Of a DNA stretch of 64,000 bases, positions 19,526 to 28,427 are shown one piece after another. Both the position numbers and the translations under genes were made by a program. The stretch is from an archaeon. Lineage in GTDB: Archaea > Iainarchaeota > Iainarchaeia > Iainarchaeales > 1-14-0-10-31-34. The notes under the pieces are model-generated. The model did no database searches. It was not told where the DNA came from and was given only the letters and a program-made list of their open reading frames with translations. The DNA lies in assembly GCA_043819075.1 (NCBI GenBank), contig JBDRFE010000002.1, positions 82,653 through 146,652 of the forward strand. The letters are read 5' to 3'. The number at the start of each line of letters is the position of its first letter. Position 1 is the first letter of the stretch.

Positions 19526-19745
19526 TGCGACTGCCGGGAATCGAACCCGAGTCCGAAGCTTACTGCACAACTTTTTTAAAAGTTGTATCAAAATGTACGG
19601 CATAAAGCCGTACTGTACTAAAACAATAAGTTTTTGCAAAGCAAAAACCGTTTTTGTTAAACCTTTTTTTGAAAAAGGTTTTTTTGATCAAACTTTTGGA
19701 AAAGTTTGTTGGCAAGCTCCAATTCTACCACTGAACCACAGTCGC
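19526..19745 (-). tRNA. tRNA-Gly(GCC) with 149-nt intron at 37/38 (exons 19710-19745 and 19526-19560; intron 19561-19709)
   Basis: Joined exons give acceptor GCGACTG/CAGTCGC, anticodon arm GGAGC-TTGCCAA-GCTTC, T-loop TTCGATT; TTGC/GCAG central helix at splice sites. Confidence 0.9.
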
Positions 19746-19773
19746 GTAAATAATGATTGAATAGAAATAGTTT

Positions 19774-19932
19774 TTAAAACTGGGGTTTTTCATCAAATTT
19801 AACCCATTTGTTTTTGCTTGGCTCTAAAGAGATTTTAGAGCATGAAGGGCACTGCCATACTTCAACTTCTTCTTCCCCTCTATGCTCTGTTCTCTGAAGC
19901 AACATTATTGAGCCGCATCTAAGGCATTTCAT
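19774..19932 (-). CDS. Small Zn-ribbon protein (52 aa, absent from ORF track)
   Basis: MKCLRCGSIM...VWQCPSCSK...KPQF*; two CxxC pairs. Confidence 0.7.
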   Translation of the reverse strand: MKCLRCGSIMLLQRTEHRGEEEVEVWQCPSCSKISLEPSKNKWVKFDEKPQF

Positions 19933-19936
19933 GCAA

Positions 19937-20194
19937 TCAACTGTTTTTCTGGCATGTCTGCCCTATCTGGCATTTTTCGTGGCATTCAATCCAGTCGCAG
20001 TCTAATTCTCCTGCCTGAATTTGCTGGTCGCAGTTGTTTGCGCATTGCTTTGATATTGCTTTTTGCTTTTGCTGTTCGTCTAAAACTGCTTTTCCTGTTG
20101 TCTGTGCATTGTTTACGCTCCAAAAAACAGCTATGATTAAAACAAAAAACACTACTCCTGCAAAAATCACTGCTCTATACATATTATTCACCAT
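19937..20194 (-). CDS. Small membrane-anchored Cys-rich protein
   Basis: GGAGGG SD, N-terminal TM, TGKAV, six Cys. Confidence 0.65.
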   Translation of the reverse strand: MVNNMYRAVIFAGVVFFVLIIAVFWSVNNAQTTGKAVLDEQQKQKAISKQCANNCDQQIQAGELDCDWIECHEKCQIGQTCQKNS

Positions 20195-20334
20195 TAAACC
20201 CTCCTAAAAGAAAGTAAATAAATAATATTATTCAATGTATTTAATGCTTTTGTTCTGCCTTTTTGAGAAAAAGGCAAGTTGCCAAAAACCATTTTTGCCT
20301 GCGGCAAAAATCAGTTTTACAAAAATTATTTAAT

Positions 20335-20406
20335 TGGGCTCGGGCGGAATCGAACCGCCAGTCTCGACCGTGTAAGGGTCGCATCATACCACTAGACCAC
20401 GAGCCC
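20335..20406 (-). tRNA. tRNA-Val(TAC)
   Basis: GGGCTCG/CGAGCCC acceptor, CGACC-CTTACAC-GGTCG anticodon arm, GTTCGATTC. Confidence 0.95.
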
Positions 20407-20527
20407 CGCCTTTTCCAAAAGGCAGGTTGCAACTTAATTCCAAAAAGGAATTAAGTGCACACTAAAACCAAAAGTTTTAGTGGTGCCAAAACGCACGGCG
20501 TAAACCCGTGCTGGCACTGTTTTTTAT

Positions 20528-21892
20528 TTACATTACGAGAGTTTTTATTTCTGGTGTTTCCTCTAGTTTTCCTTTTTTTACTCCGACAACATATTTCACT
20601 GAATGGTTTTTTGCTTCATCTAATAGCCTTTTGGTTATTATTCCGTCTAATACAATGGATTCAACTTGTTTTTGTGTTTTTAGCTCTGGAATTAATTCCC
20701 TTATTTTTGTTCTTTTTATTTCACGGCCTTTTTCATCCATTAAAACTGCTTCCATTTTTCCTTTAACTGAATCCATTATTGGATTAAATTTTGTTTTTTC
20801 TTCTTCTGTTGCTGGAAGTGAAAGAATCGGCCTAATTGGATTTTCGTCTGAAAACCTGTTCCTTGGACTGAATGGCCTGATGCTTCTTGAATCAAATGGC
20901 CTTGGCCTTTGTGAATCAAATGTTCTTGGTGAATCAAATTCTCTTGGCCTTTCAAATCCTCTGTTTAATGGTCTTGGAGTTGGGCTAAAGTTATTGCTTC
21001 TCATTTCAGTTCTTGGCCTGAAAGAAGAAGAAAATTTTGGCGGAAAGCTTCTTGGCTTCAAAAAAGTCTGTTTTCTTGCAATGTCTTTTGCCGGAATCCT
21101 TTTCCTTAAAGCCATTGTGATTTCTTTTTTTTGGAGTTCTTCAACTTCTTTTCCGTCCGGAGCTCTTGCAAGAAAATCTATTTTAGCTGAATCCATTAAC
21201 TGTCTTTGGATTAGTTCTCCGCCTCTGTCGCCGTCAGAAAACATTGTGACTGTTTTTCTTTTGCATAATTCTGGAATTGATTCAGGTATTTTTGAGCCAT
21301 TCATTCCTACAACATTTTTTACTCCGTTCCTTAAAAGGTTTAATACGTCTGCTCTTCCTTCAACTAAAATTATTTCTTCTTCTTTTTCTATGTCTGGTCC
21401 TGCGGGAAGCCTTTCAGGTCCCCATGCCTTGATTTCTGATATTCTGGCTGATTCTCTTACTTCTTCTGACATCTCGCCTGAACCAGTGCTTTCCTGCAAA
21501 AATTTTCCTAATAATTCTTTTGCTCTTTTTTTTATTTCTTCTCTTTTGTTTGTCCTAGTGTCCTCTATTTGTTCTACTGCAAACTTTGATTCATATGGGC
21601 CTACTTTTTCAATTGATTCAACTGCTGCTGCAAGAATTGATGTCTGCACCATGTCAAGAGATGAAGGCACAATTAATGAGCCGACGGTTTTTCCGTTTTC
21701 GGGGGACGGAAAAATATCTATTCTGCCGATTTTCCCGTTTTTTTGGAGTTCCCTTAAGTCAAGGTCTTCTCCGATTAAGCCTTCGCTTTGGCCGAATACT
21801 GCACCGATTATGTCGTGTTTGTCTACCAGGCCCTGTATTTCAAATTTTGCTTTGATGTTGTATTTTACTGTGTTAATGTAAGTTTTTCCCAT
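20528..21892 (-). CDS. dnaG: Archaeal DnaG-type primase / exosome-associated protein
   Basis: GAVFGQSEGL.G.DLDLRELQK.GKIGRI, TOPRIM VEGRADV, DGDRGG, APDGKEVEEL. Confidence 0.97.
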   Translation of the reverse strand: MGKTYINTVKYNIKAKFEIQGLVDKHDIIGAVFGQSEGLIGEDLDLRELQKNGKIGRIDIFPSPENGKTVGSLIVPSSLDMVQTSILAAAVESIEKVGPYESKFAVEQIEDTRTNKREEIKKRAKELLGKFLQESTGSGEMSEEVRESARISEIKAWGPERLPAGPDIEKEEEIILVEGRADVLNLLRNGVKNVVGMNGSKIPESIPELCKRKTVTMFSDGDRGGELIQRQLMDSAKIDFLARAPDGKEVEELQKKEITMALRKRIPAKDIARKQTFLKPRSFPPKFSSSFRPRTEMRSNNFSPTPRPLNRGFERPREFDSPRTFDSQRPRPFDSRSIRPFSPRNRFSDENPIRPILSLPATEEEKTKFNPIMDSVKGKMEAVLMDEKGREIKRTKIRELIPELKTQKQVESIVLDGIITKRLLDEAKNHSVKYVVGVKKGKLEETPEIKTLVM

Positions 21893-21984
21893 TAAATAAT
21901 CACCTTTTTATAATTTTGTTTTTTTTAATTTCAGTATGGCCTTGTGCCATACTTTTTGTTACACCTTTTGGAAAAGGTGTAGAA

Positions 21985-22257
21985 TCAGAGTTTCTTGTTT
22001 TTTTCTATTAACTTAATGATTTCTTTTCTTGTTTTGTTTTCAATCATTAATTTCTTGTTTTTTGATTTTAGTCCTTGAATTATTTTTACTTCGGTTTCAA
22101 GAATTTTTTTTAATTCTTTTTCCAACTCTTTGTTTGCTTTGCCTTGAATAGGTTTTTCTTTTGTTTTTATTTCAAGGATGTTATTCCATTCATTGAAACC
22201 CAGGACTTCAAATTTTTTTGAGCCAGGCTTTACATGAACGTCAATTATTTCTTTCAT
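21985..22257 (-). CDS. DUF167/YggU family protein
   Basis: VHVKPGS, P..GKANKEL, I.QG.KSK.K. Confidence 0.88.
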   Translation of the reverse strand: MKEIIDVHVKPGSKKFEVLGFNEWNNILEIKTKEKPIQGKANKELEKELKKILETEVKIIQGLKSKNKKLMIENKTRKEIIKLIEKNKKL

Positions 22258-22390
22258 TTAAAACTTTTAATTTTAATAATGAATTAAATTTTAATTAAAA
22301 AACTCTAATTCTGTTAAAGATTTAATAAAACAAACGCATATAAATTATTATGTTTAAATCCGCTTTTTGCGGAAAGAACAGGGTTTTTTT

Positions 22391-22795
22391 ATGGCTCACT
22401 ACAATAAAGGCGCTAACGCTGAAAGAGAATTGCTCAGAATAATCTATAATAATGGTTTTGGGTGTGTGAGGATTGCTGGTTCTGGTGCAACAATTTTGCC
22501 TGCCCCTGATATTGTTGCTTTGAGCCCTGAAAAAAAGCTTTCTTTTGAGTGCAAGGCATGGAATTCCAACTACTTGAATGTTTCTATTGAGCAAATGACT
22601 GAATTGATTAAATGGGGTGAGATTTCCGGCACAGAAGTTTTTGTTGCCTGGAAGATTCCCCAAAAAGGCTGGTTTTTTTTGAAGCCAGATGATTTTGCAA
22701 AAAAACCAAAATCTTATGCTATTTCAAAAAAAGATGCTTTTAGGAAATCACAAAACCTTAATGTAATTCTTGGAAAACAGGCCGTATTAAAATAA
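22391..22795 (+). CDS. hjc: Holliday junction resolvase Hjc
   Basis: KGANAERELL, RIAGSG, PDIVAL, FECK. Confidence 0.92.
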   Translation: MAHYNKGANAERELLRIIYNNGFGCVRIAGSGATILPAPDIVALSPEKKLSFECKAWNSNYLNVSIEQMTELIKWGEISGTEVFVAWKIPQKGWFFLKPDDFAKKPKSYAISKKDAFRKSQNLNVILGKQAVLK

Positions 22796-22850
22796 ACTTT
22801 TTTTTAGATAGAATTAAATACATCCAATACAACTAATATTTGGGGTAGTT

Positions 22851-23345
22851 ATGCCAGCATTGAAAATCGTTAAAAAAATTGGTACTAACTTAAAAGCAGC
22901 TGTAAGAAGATCTGGTAGAAGCCGCAGAAAACGCAGAGTTGTAAAAGCACGTAAATTTGCATTAAAGTCTAATGCAGATTGGTTATCGTGGGCCTGCGAT
23001 CCTGAAAATCGTAGTTGGTTTTTTAAAGAAGTTAATGATGTGTTGTCTGCTTTTAGAACAATAGAAAAAACAGCAAGGAAACCGCTTTCACAGACTTCTC
23101 ATGTAAGACCATTAAGAAGAAGATTGCTTCCGAAAGTAATTACTGAAATCGACCGTTTTAGCAAGGCTTTTGATTCATTGGCTCTGAAAAAAGCAACTCC
23201 AGATTTAGAAGATTTAGAAGATTTTCCATATGGCATGGGGTCAGCTTCTCTTAAGGAAGGGGCAAAAGCGCTTCTGAAAATAGTTCAGGCTATTGACCAG
23301 AAAAAAGCAGCAGAGTACAAAACACATGCTATTTTTAGGAAATAA
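22851..23345 (+). CDS. Hypothetical protein with Arg-rich N-terminus
   Basis: 164-aa ORF with own AT-rich promoter region; RRSGRSRRKRR. Confidence 0.6.
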   Translation: MPALKIVKKIGTNLKAAVRRSGRSRRKRRVVKARKFALKSNADWLSWACDPENRSWFFKEVNDVLSAFRTIEKTARKPLSQTSHVRPLRRRLLPKVITEIDRFSKAFDSLALKKATPDLEDLEDFPYGMGSASLKEGAKALLKIVQAIDQKKAAEYKTHAIFRK

Positions 23346-23491
23346 ATTCCCTTGCTTTTAGTTGAATTTTTAACCAACTTTTTTTAGGGTTCTGTCAAGA
23401 ACTCAGTTGATTTCTTGGTTTTTGGTATTTTTGTTAAGTGGCAGTTGATTTTGCAAAGTTTTATAAATAATAAATTCACATTATTTATTTA

Positions 23492-23902
23492 ATGACAAGA
23501 AAAAATAGTTTTAACAGATTTTCTTCGGGCACGAGAAAACACTTGCGTCGTATTAAAGCAACTCCAACTCAACGTGCAAAGGCTCGTGAGCAAGAGTTAA
23601 GAAAACGATTTTTAAAAGTGGTGCAAAACGGCCAAGTTCGTTTTAAAGATGTGGAACAAGTAATCAAACTTAAGCTTAATGGTGTGAAAAGCCCTGCTTT
23701 TAAACGAAAAATTTTAACGCAACTTTTTATGGAATATACCAAATACATGTATAAATTAGGGCGAGATGTAGCTAAGGCAAAAAGAGCATTGGATGCTGGC
23801 AATGGAACACTTGGTAATCTTCAAACATTAGCTGGGTTAGAGATTGCCGCCAGAAAAGCAAAAAATAAAATTGGGCAAAGAATAGATTATTTAAAGAAAT
23901 GA
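23492..23902 (+). CDS. Hypothetical highly basic protein
   Basis: 136-aa ORF after TTTATAAA box. Confidence 0.6.
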   Translation: MTRKNSFNRFSSGTRKHLRRIKATPTQRAKAREQELRKRFLKVVQNGQVRFKDVEQVIKLKLNGVKSPAFKRKILTQLFMEYTKYMYKLGRDVAKAKRALDAGNGTLGNLQTLAGLEIAARKAKNKIGQRIDYLKK

Positions 23903-24229
23903 TAAAAGAACAAGTTTCAACTCATTGCTTTTTCTGCAACAGCTTTTTTTATTAAGCTTATTCATTTGTTTTTTCCTAACTCTAATTTTATTCCTGTTTT
24001 TTGGGATGGAGTTAGCCATAAGGCTTGGTTTGGGTGGATGAAATTATGTTATGTGCGGTAATCTCTTGTGTGTTTTAAGGATATTGAAAGAATTTTAGCA
24101 TAAAAACACTTTGTTTTTTTAGTTGAATCTTTGCTTTTTTTTCCTGAAAAGCATTGATTTAAAAGCACTTTTTTACCTAATTTTTAGTGCTGTTTTGCGA
24201 ATGAATGTGATTTTTTTAAAGTGGTTTGA

Positions 24230-24373
24230 ATGCAGGTTTTAATGGAAGAATTAATCAGTAAAATTGACTTTTTGTCAAGCAAAGAAAAAGGCATTCGAAA
24301 CAAGATTTTATTGGAAAAAGCTAAAACTAACCTGCAGGAATACAATAAAACAAAAAACCAGATACTGGAATAG
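24230..24373 (+). CDS. Small hypothetical helical protein (47 aa, absent from ORF track)
   Basis: MQVLMEELISKIDFL...NQILE*, GTGGT SD-like before, T-run after. Confidence 0.4.
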   Translation: MQVLMEELISKIDFLSSKEKGIRNKILLEKAKTNLQEYNKTKNQILE

Positions 24374-24397
24374 TTTTTTTTGTTTACTTTTTTTTTT

Positions 24398-25090
24398 TTA
24401 AGTCTTTGACGCCATGAATAACAGCGCCAGAGCAACCATTATCATTCCAAAAAATATTCCTACTGTCCCTAAATCTGTTACCCCATAAGAGACATTAGAA
24501 AAAGCAAAGTATACTGCCAGAAAACCGAATATTACCCCTGAACCAATCAAAGTAAACCTTAATAACTGTAATTTTTTTGCTGTTCCTTTTAACCTTAATT
24601 CAGTTAAATCCAATTGAGCCATGTCAACTTTTTCATCTATCTGTACAGTTGAATCCTTTATTTTTTGTAGTACTCCGGTTAAAGCCATTATGTTTGAGTT
24701 AACTTTTGTCTGAAAAATGTTTATTTTGCTTAAAAGCATGTCTTTGAATCCTTCTACTTCTTTGTTTGTTTTCTGCTTGTATGAATCCAAGTCATTGCTC
24801 ATTTCCCTCATTAAGTCCTGTGAAATCTTTTTTTCCTCTATTTCGCTTTGAGTTTTAATGTATTTTTTAATCCAAGGCTCTTCTGCCAGCAAATCCTGTC
24901 TTACAATTTTTTTTATTTCTGCTTTAAGCAAGTCAAATGTGTCTGCTTCTGCCAGCAATAAAAGCCTTTTGGCTTGTTCTTCGCTTATCCCTAGTACTTT
25001 TAATTCAGAGACTATTTTTTTTTCGCTTTTGCCTTCTCTGACCATTTTAGAGATTGTTTCTATAATGCTTGCTTCTCTTTGTTCTGGCAT
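24398..25090 (-). CDS. Coiled-coil membrane protein, paralog of adjacent gene
   Basis: Shared N-terminal domain; two C-terminal TMs. Confidence 0.75.
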   Translation of the reverse strand: MPEQREASIIETISKMVREGKSEKKIVSELKVLGISEEQAKRLLLLAEADTFDLLKAEIKKIVRQDLLAEEPWIKKYIKTQSEIEEKKISQDLMREMSNDLDSYKQKTNKEVEGFKDMLLSKINIFQTKVNSNIMALTGVLQKIKDSTVQIDEKVDMAQLDLTELRLKGTAKKLQLLRFTLIGSGVIFGFLAVYFAFSNVSYGVTDLGTVGIFFGMIMVALALLFMASKT

Positions 25091-25098
25091 TATTCCAC

Positions 25099-25584
25099 CT
25101 ATAATTTTACCTCTTTAATGTGGCTTTTCTTTTTTTCTTTTTTTATCTGCTCTGATTCAAAATCATATCTTATTCCGTGAGTTGTTTCTGGGTTGCTTAA
25201 TAATTTCATTAATTCCTGCATTTTTTCTTTCTTTTTTTCGGTTTTTTCTTCGTCTTTCATTTTTCCTTCAATTACTTCCCTTAACTCGATTATTTTTTTT
25301 GAAAAAGAATCCTCTACTTTTTTTTCTTCTTCTCTTACAATTTCCACTATGAGTTTCCTGAACAAGTCTTCTTCTTTCTGCATGTCTTCTTTCACTATTT
25401 TCCTGATTTCGTTTTTTAGCAGGGCAAAAGTGTCTGCTTCACCTAATAAAAGCAGTTTTCTTGCCTGGTCTTCTTTTATTCCCAAAGACTTTAATTCGGT
25501 CAGTATTTCTTTTTGCGGCCTGCCTTCTTTGACCATTTTCTCTATTATTTCTATAATGCTTTTTTCTGTTCCCTTTAATTTCAT
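25099..25584 (-). CDS. Soluble coiled-coil protein, paralog of adjacent gene
   Basis: SIIE.I.KMV.EG...LG....A..LLLL.EADTF.LLK.EI.KIV shared. Confidence 0.75.
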   Translation of the reverse strand: MKLKGTEKSIIEIIEKMVKEGRPQKEILTELKSLGIKEDQARKLLLLGEADTFALLKNEIRKIVKEDMQKEEDLFRKLIVEIVREEEKKVEDSFSKKIIELREVIEGKMKDEEKTEKKKEKMQELMKLLSNPETTHGIRYDFESEQIKKEKKKSHIKEVKL

Positions 25585-25659
25585 TTTCTCACGAATATAA
25601 AAGTGCTTTTATATTAATAAATATTGGTGCCTTTAAAAAAATCAAGGAAAGTTCCTGCT

Positions 25660-26316
25660 TTATGGTTCAGCAGGAACAATGTCTTCGTCAAAAATTTTTT
25701 CTTGCGGAATCACAAAAACCGAGTCATTCACTGAATTCACTTTAATGTTCTTTAATTCCATTGAAATTTTCCCTGCATCTGTTGTGCTTTCGAGTTTCAC
25801 AGGAATGCCGTATTCATCTGAAATCCATGCTTTTGTCTGCAATGGGGTTGAGCCTTCTTCAGAGTAACTGAATTCAATTATTGTTGCCTGTAATCCGTTT
25901 ATTTCTTCTTTTCCTAGTTCTTTCATTGAAACATCTTTTAGTGCCTGTTCAGCTATTGCCTTGAAATCTATTGCACTTGTGTCTGTCGTGGTTTCAGTTT
26001 TATAATAAATGTCTTCTTCTTGGCTGTAATTAAAAGAGTTTGTTCCGTCAAAAATTATTTCAGATTTAAAGCCCATATACTCTGAACTCATTTTGTATTT
26101 ATTGCCTTTCTGCCATACCTGAATTGTTGCAGGCAGTTCTGTTCCGTCCAATGAAAACATTACAGTGTATTCAATGTTGTTGATGTTTTTTGCTTTTGCA
26201 AGAATTTCCTGAATTGTTTGAGCTGAAACTTTTCCTTTTGTTTCAGGCTGCTGAATGCATCCTGCTAAAACAGCCAGTAAAAAAATAACCAGAATTAAAG
26301 CAAGTGTTTTTTTCAT
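25660..26316 (-). CDS. Putative lipoprotein (LolA-like beta fold)
   Basis: Signal peptide with LAGC lipobox; GKEEING...WISDEYGIPVK..DSVFVIP pattern. Confidence 0.7.
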   Translation of the reverse strand: MKKTLALILVIFLLAVLAGCIQQPETKGKVSAQTIQEILAKAKNINNIEYTVMFSLDGTELPATIQVWQKGNKYKMSSEYMGFKSEIIFDGTNSFNYSQEEDIYYKTETTTDTSAIDFKAIAEQALKDVSMKELGKEEINGLQATIIEFSYSEEGSTPLQTKAWISDEYGIPVKLESTTDAGKISMELKNIKVNSVNDSVFVIPQEKIFDEDIVPAEP

Positions 26317-26365
26317 TTAATGCCTCCTTTAACTTCTTAATTAAAGCCCTGATTTCCTTAAAAAA

Positions 26366-27115
26366 TCATGCCCGTATTTTTCCTTTCTGCCAGTCCAGCA
26401 ATAACTGTTTTGATACAGCGTTTAAGTCAGGAATTCCTCCTTTCATTAAGCGTTTTTTCTTTAATGCAATTTCTTCAAGAATTTTTTCCGAGTCATTTAA
26501 TTCTTTTGCCCCAAGCCTTAACAGTTCTTTCGGGTTTTTTTCTTTCAAAAACTCAATTAATTTTATTGCAGCATCTTCCGGATACTCCAATTTTGACGGG
26601 TTTTTTGCTCCAATCAAAACCAGTTCATTTTCGTTTCTTTCCTCAAACGGAATTATTCCAGGTGAATCAATTAACTTGAATTTTCCTGCATTGACTATCT
26701 GCTGGCCTCTGGTTAATCCTGCTGTAATTGAAACCCTCATTTTTTTCCTGCTTAAAGCATTTATTACACTGCTTTTCCCTGTGTTCGGATACCCTATTAC
26801 GCCGACAACATTTCCCTTGTTTTTTGTTTTAATCAGGACAAGCTTTTTTAATTTCATTATCCCTTTTTTTTGCGTTGAAGAAATGAATGCACAGGGAAAT
26901 TCTTTTGAAAGCTCTTTTTTTGTTTTTAATGCATTGTTTTTTGAAACCAAATCGCTTTTATTTAATGCAACAATTAATTGTTTTCCTTTTGCTTTCACCT
27001 GTTTTTCTATTATTTTGTTCCTTGTTTTTTCCGGAAACCTTGCATCCACTACTTCAATTAATACATCAGAATTATCTATTATCCAGTAAACCCTGTCAAA
27101 AAAGCCTTTTTTCAT
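26366..27115 (-). CDS. Circularly permuted ribosome-biogenesis GTPase (YlqF/RbgA family)
   Basis: DARFP, NKSD (G4) before GYPNTGKSS (G1), DSPG (G3). Confidence 0.93.
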   Translation of the reverse strand: MKKGFFDRVYWIIDNSDVLIEVVDARFPEKTRNKIIEKQVKAKGKQLIVALNKSDLVSKNNALKTKKELSKEFPCAFISSTQKKGIMKLKKLVLIKTKNKGNVVGVIGYPNTGKSSVINALSRKKMRVSITAGLTRGQQIVNAGKFKLIDSPGIIPFEERNENELVLIGAKNPSKLEYPEDAAIKLIEFLKEKNPKELLRLGAKELNDSEKILEEIALKKKRLMKGGIPDLNAVSKQLLLDWQKGKIRA

Positions 27116-27197
27116 TTAAACCAAAAATACTCTATCTGAATGTAATTAAATAACTTTTATTAACTTTTAACTCTTATTTTCTGTATTAAGTGGTTTT

Positions 27198-27515
27198 ATG
27201 GTTGTGCCAAGAACTTCAAGAACAAGGCCTTTAATCCGCAAGTTTCCAAAAGGAAGCCCAAGATTCAGGGGAAAACAGAATGCTGGCAGTTTATCAAAAA
27301 AACTGTTCACAAAAAAATTTGGTCCTTTAGCTGAAGTAAATCCTGCTATCTTAAGCACTTTAACAGATCTTGCGCAGAGAAATCAAAGGCTGAAAAGGCA
27401 AGGGTTTGATTTGCATTTCAGTGTTTTGCGGGGCAGGCCAATCAACAGACGCGCTTTGAACAGGCTGTGGAAAACCTATCTTTTTTTGAGAAAAAACGGG
27501 TTGAAAACAAAATAA
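27198..27515 (+). CDS. Hypothetical highly basic protein
   Basis: 105-aa ORF filling gap; R/K/P-rich N-terminus. Confidence 0.55.
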   Translation: MVVPRTSRTRPLIRKFPKGSPRFRGKQNAGSLSKKLFTKKFGPLAEVNPAILSTLTDLAQRNQRLKRQGFDLHFSVLRGRPINRRALNRLWKTYLFLRKNGLKTK

Positions 27516-27530
27516 GTTTTTTTATAAAAA

Positions 27531-27881
27531 TTAAAGCAGTTTAAGTTTTCCGGTGAACTTATCTAAAATGTTTTCCGGCGCAGGGCCTAATCCGATACAG
27601 GTAATGCTTCCGGGTTCTATTTGAGTCCTTCCTGCATCTTTTATCAGCGCGGCAGGAACTTCTTTTTTTGCTTTCTCAAATAATTCAAGCAATTCTTTTT
27701 CTGATTCAACTTTTAATACAACTTTTTGTGTTCCTGTTTCCCTCCAGTTTTCAACCCATTCAGGAAACTTTGTTCTTGTTTTTTCTAATGCTTCAACAGA
27801 GGCATGAGAGCATTGCGCAGCGGTTTTCCCTTTGCCCATCTTTAAATCAGTTCTAACTATTATTGCCTGCTTGAATTCCAT
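27531..27881 (-). CDS. pth2: Peptidyl-tRNA hydrolase Pth2
   Basis: RTDLKMGKGK.AAQCSHA, KVVLK, DAGRTQI.PG. Confidence 0.96.
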   Translation of the reverse strand: MEFKQAIIVRTDLKMGKGKTAAQCSHASVEALEKTRTKFPEWVENWRETGTQKVVLKVESEKELLELFEKAKKEVPAALIKDAGRTQIEPGSITCIGLGPAPENILDKFTGKLKLL

Positions 27882-27938
27882 GAAAAGAATTAAGCCTTAA
27901 AAGAAATTAAAAACAGATGCCTTGGCTTTTTTTTAAAA

Positions 27939-28028
27939 CTATTTTTTCTTTTTTTTCTTTACCGTTTTTTTTGCCTTAGTTTTTGTTTCTGGCTCGCAAC
28001 AGCATTCACATTCACAATCTGAACCCAT
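27939..28028 (-). CDS. 29-aa Cys-rich/Lys-rich peptide (absent from ORF track)
   Basis: MGSDCECECCCEPETKTKAKKTVKKKKKK*, preceded by AGGTGA SD. Confidence 0.6.
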   Translation of the reverse strand: MGSDCECECCCEPETKTKAKKTVKKKKKK

Positions 28029-28038
28029 TTTTATCACC

Positions 28039-28368
28039 TTATGCAACCAATGACTTTAAAGTCAGTTTTTTTGTTACCCCGTTGTTTCCCCATAGTTCTG
28101 CAAAACTCTCTGATTCATCTTTTGCAATCCAAATCTGCCTGTTGGTTGGATGAACATGGCCTTTGTTAGTGTAAGTTATATCGTATTCCACTAAAATCCT
28201 GTCTTTTCCTATCTGAACCAGCTTAAAAACATTTTTTCCGTTGCCGTTTGATTCAAATAAAGCTCCTTCTTCTATTTCAAGCTCTCTTGTCTCGGTTTTT
28301 TTTTGGAAAGGGGGATTCCAGTCTTGTTTTAGTTCTTTTACTTCAATTAATGCCTTCATTTTTACCAC
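28039..28368 (-). CDS. Hypothetical protein
   Basis: 109-aa ORF; no motif recognised. Confidence 0.6.
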   Translation of the reverse strand: MVKMKALIEVKELKQDWNPPFQKKTETRELEIEEGALFESNGNGKNVFKLVQIGKDRILVEYDITYTNKGHVHPTNRQIWIAKDESESFAELWGNNGVTKKLTLKSLVA

Positions 28369-28427
28369 AAAAAAGAGTATGCGCGTTTAATTAATAATCC
28401 TTTCTCTTTTTGAATTCACGGAAGAAT

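Noticed and set aside
19040..19760. ORFs 19040-19270, 19380-19760, 41152-41355 and 41172-41357
   Set aside because: They overlap tRNA genes and GC-rich hairpins; open frames arise from stop-codon scarcity.
20508..21881. 457-aa plus-strand ORF, and similar long antisense ORFs at 13078-14004 and 38865-40079
   Set aside because: Shadow frames of dnaG, ftsY and rad50; F/S-rich as expected from antisense K/E codons.
23958..24020. 20-aa basic minus-strand ORF (MANSIPKNRNKIRVRKKTNE)
   Set aside because: Too short, no clear SD, no supporting evidence.
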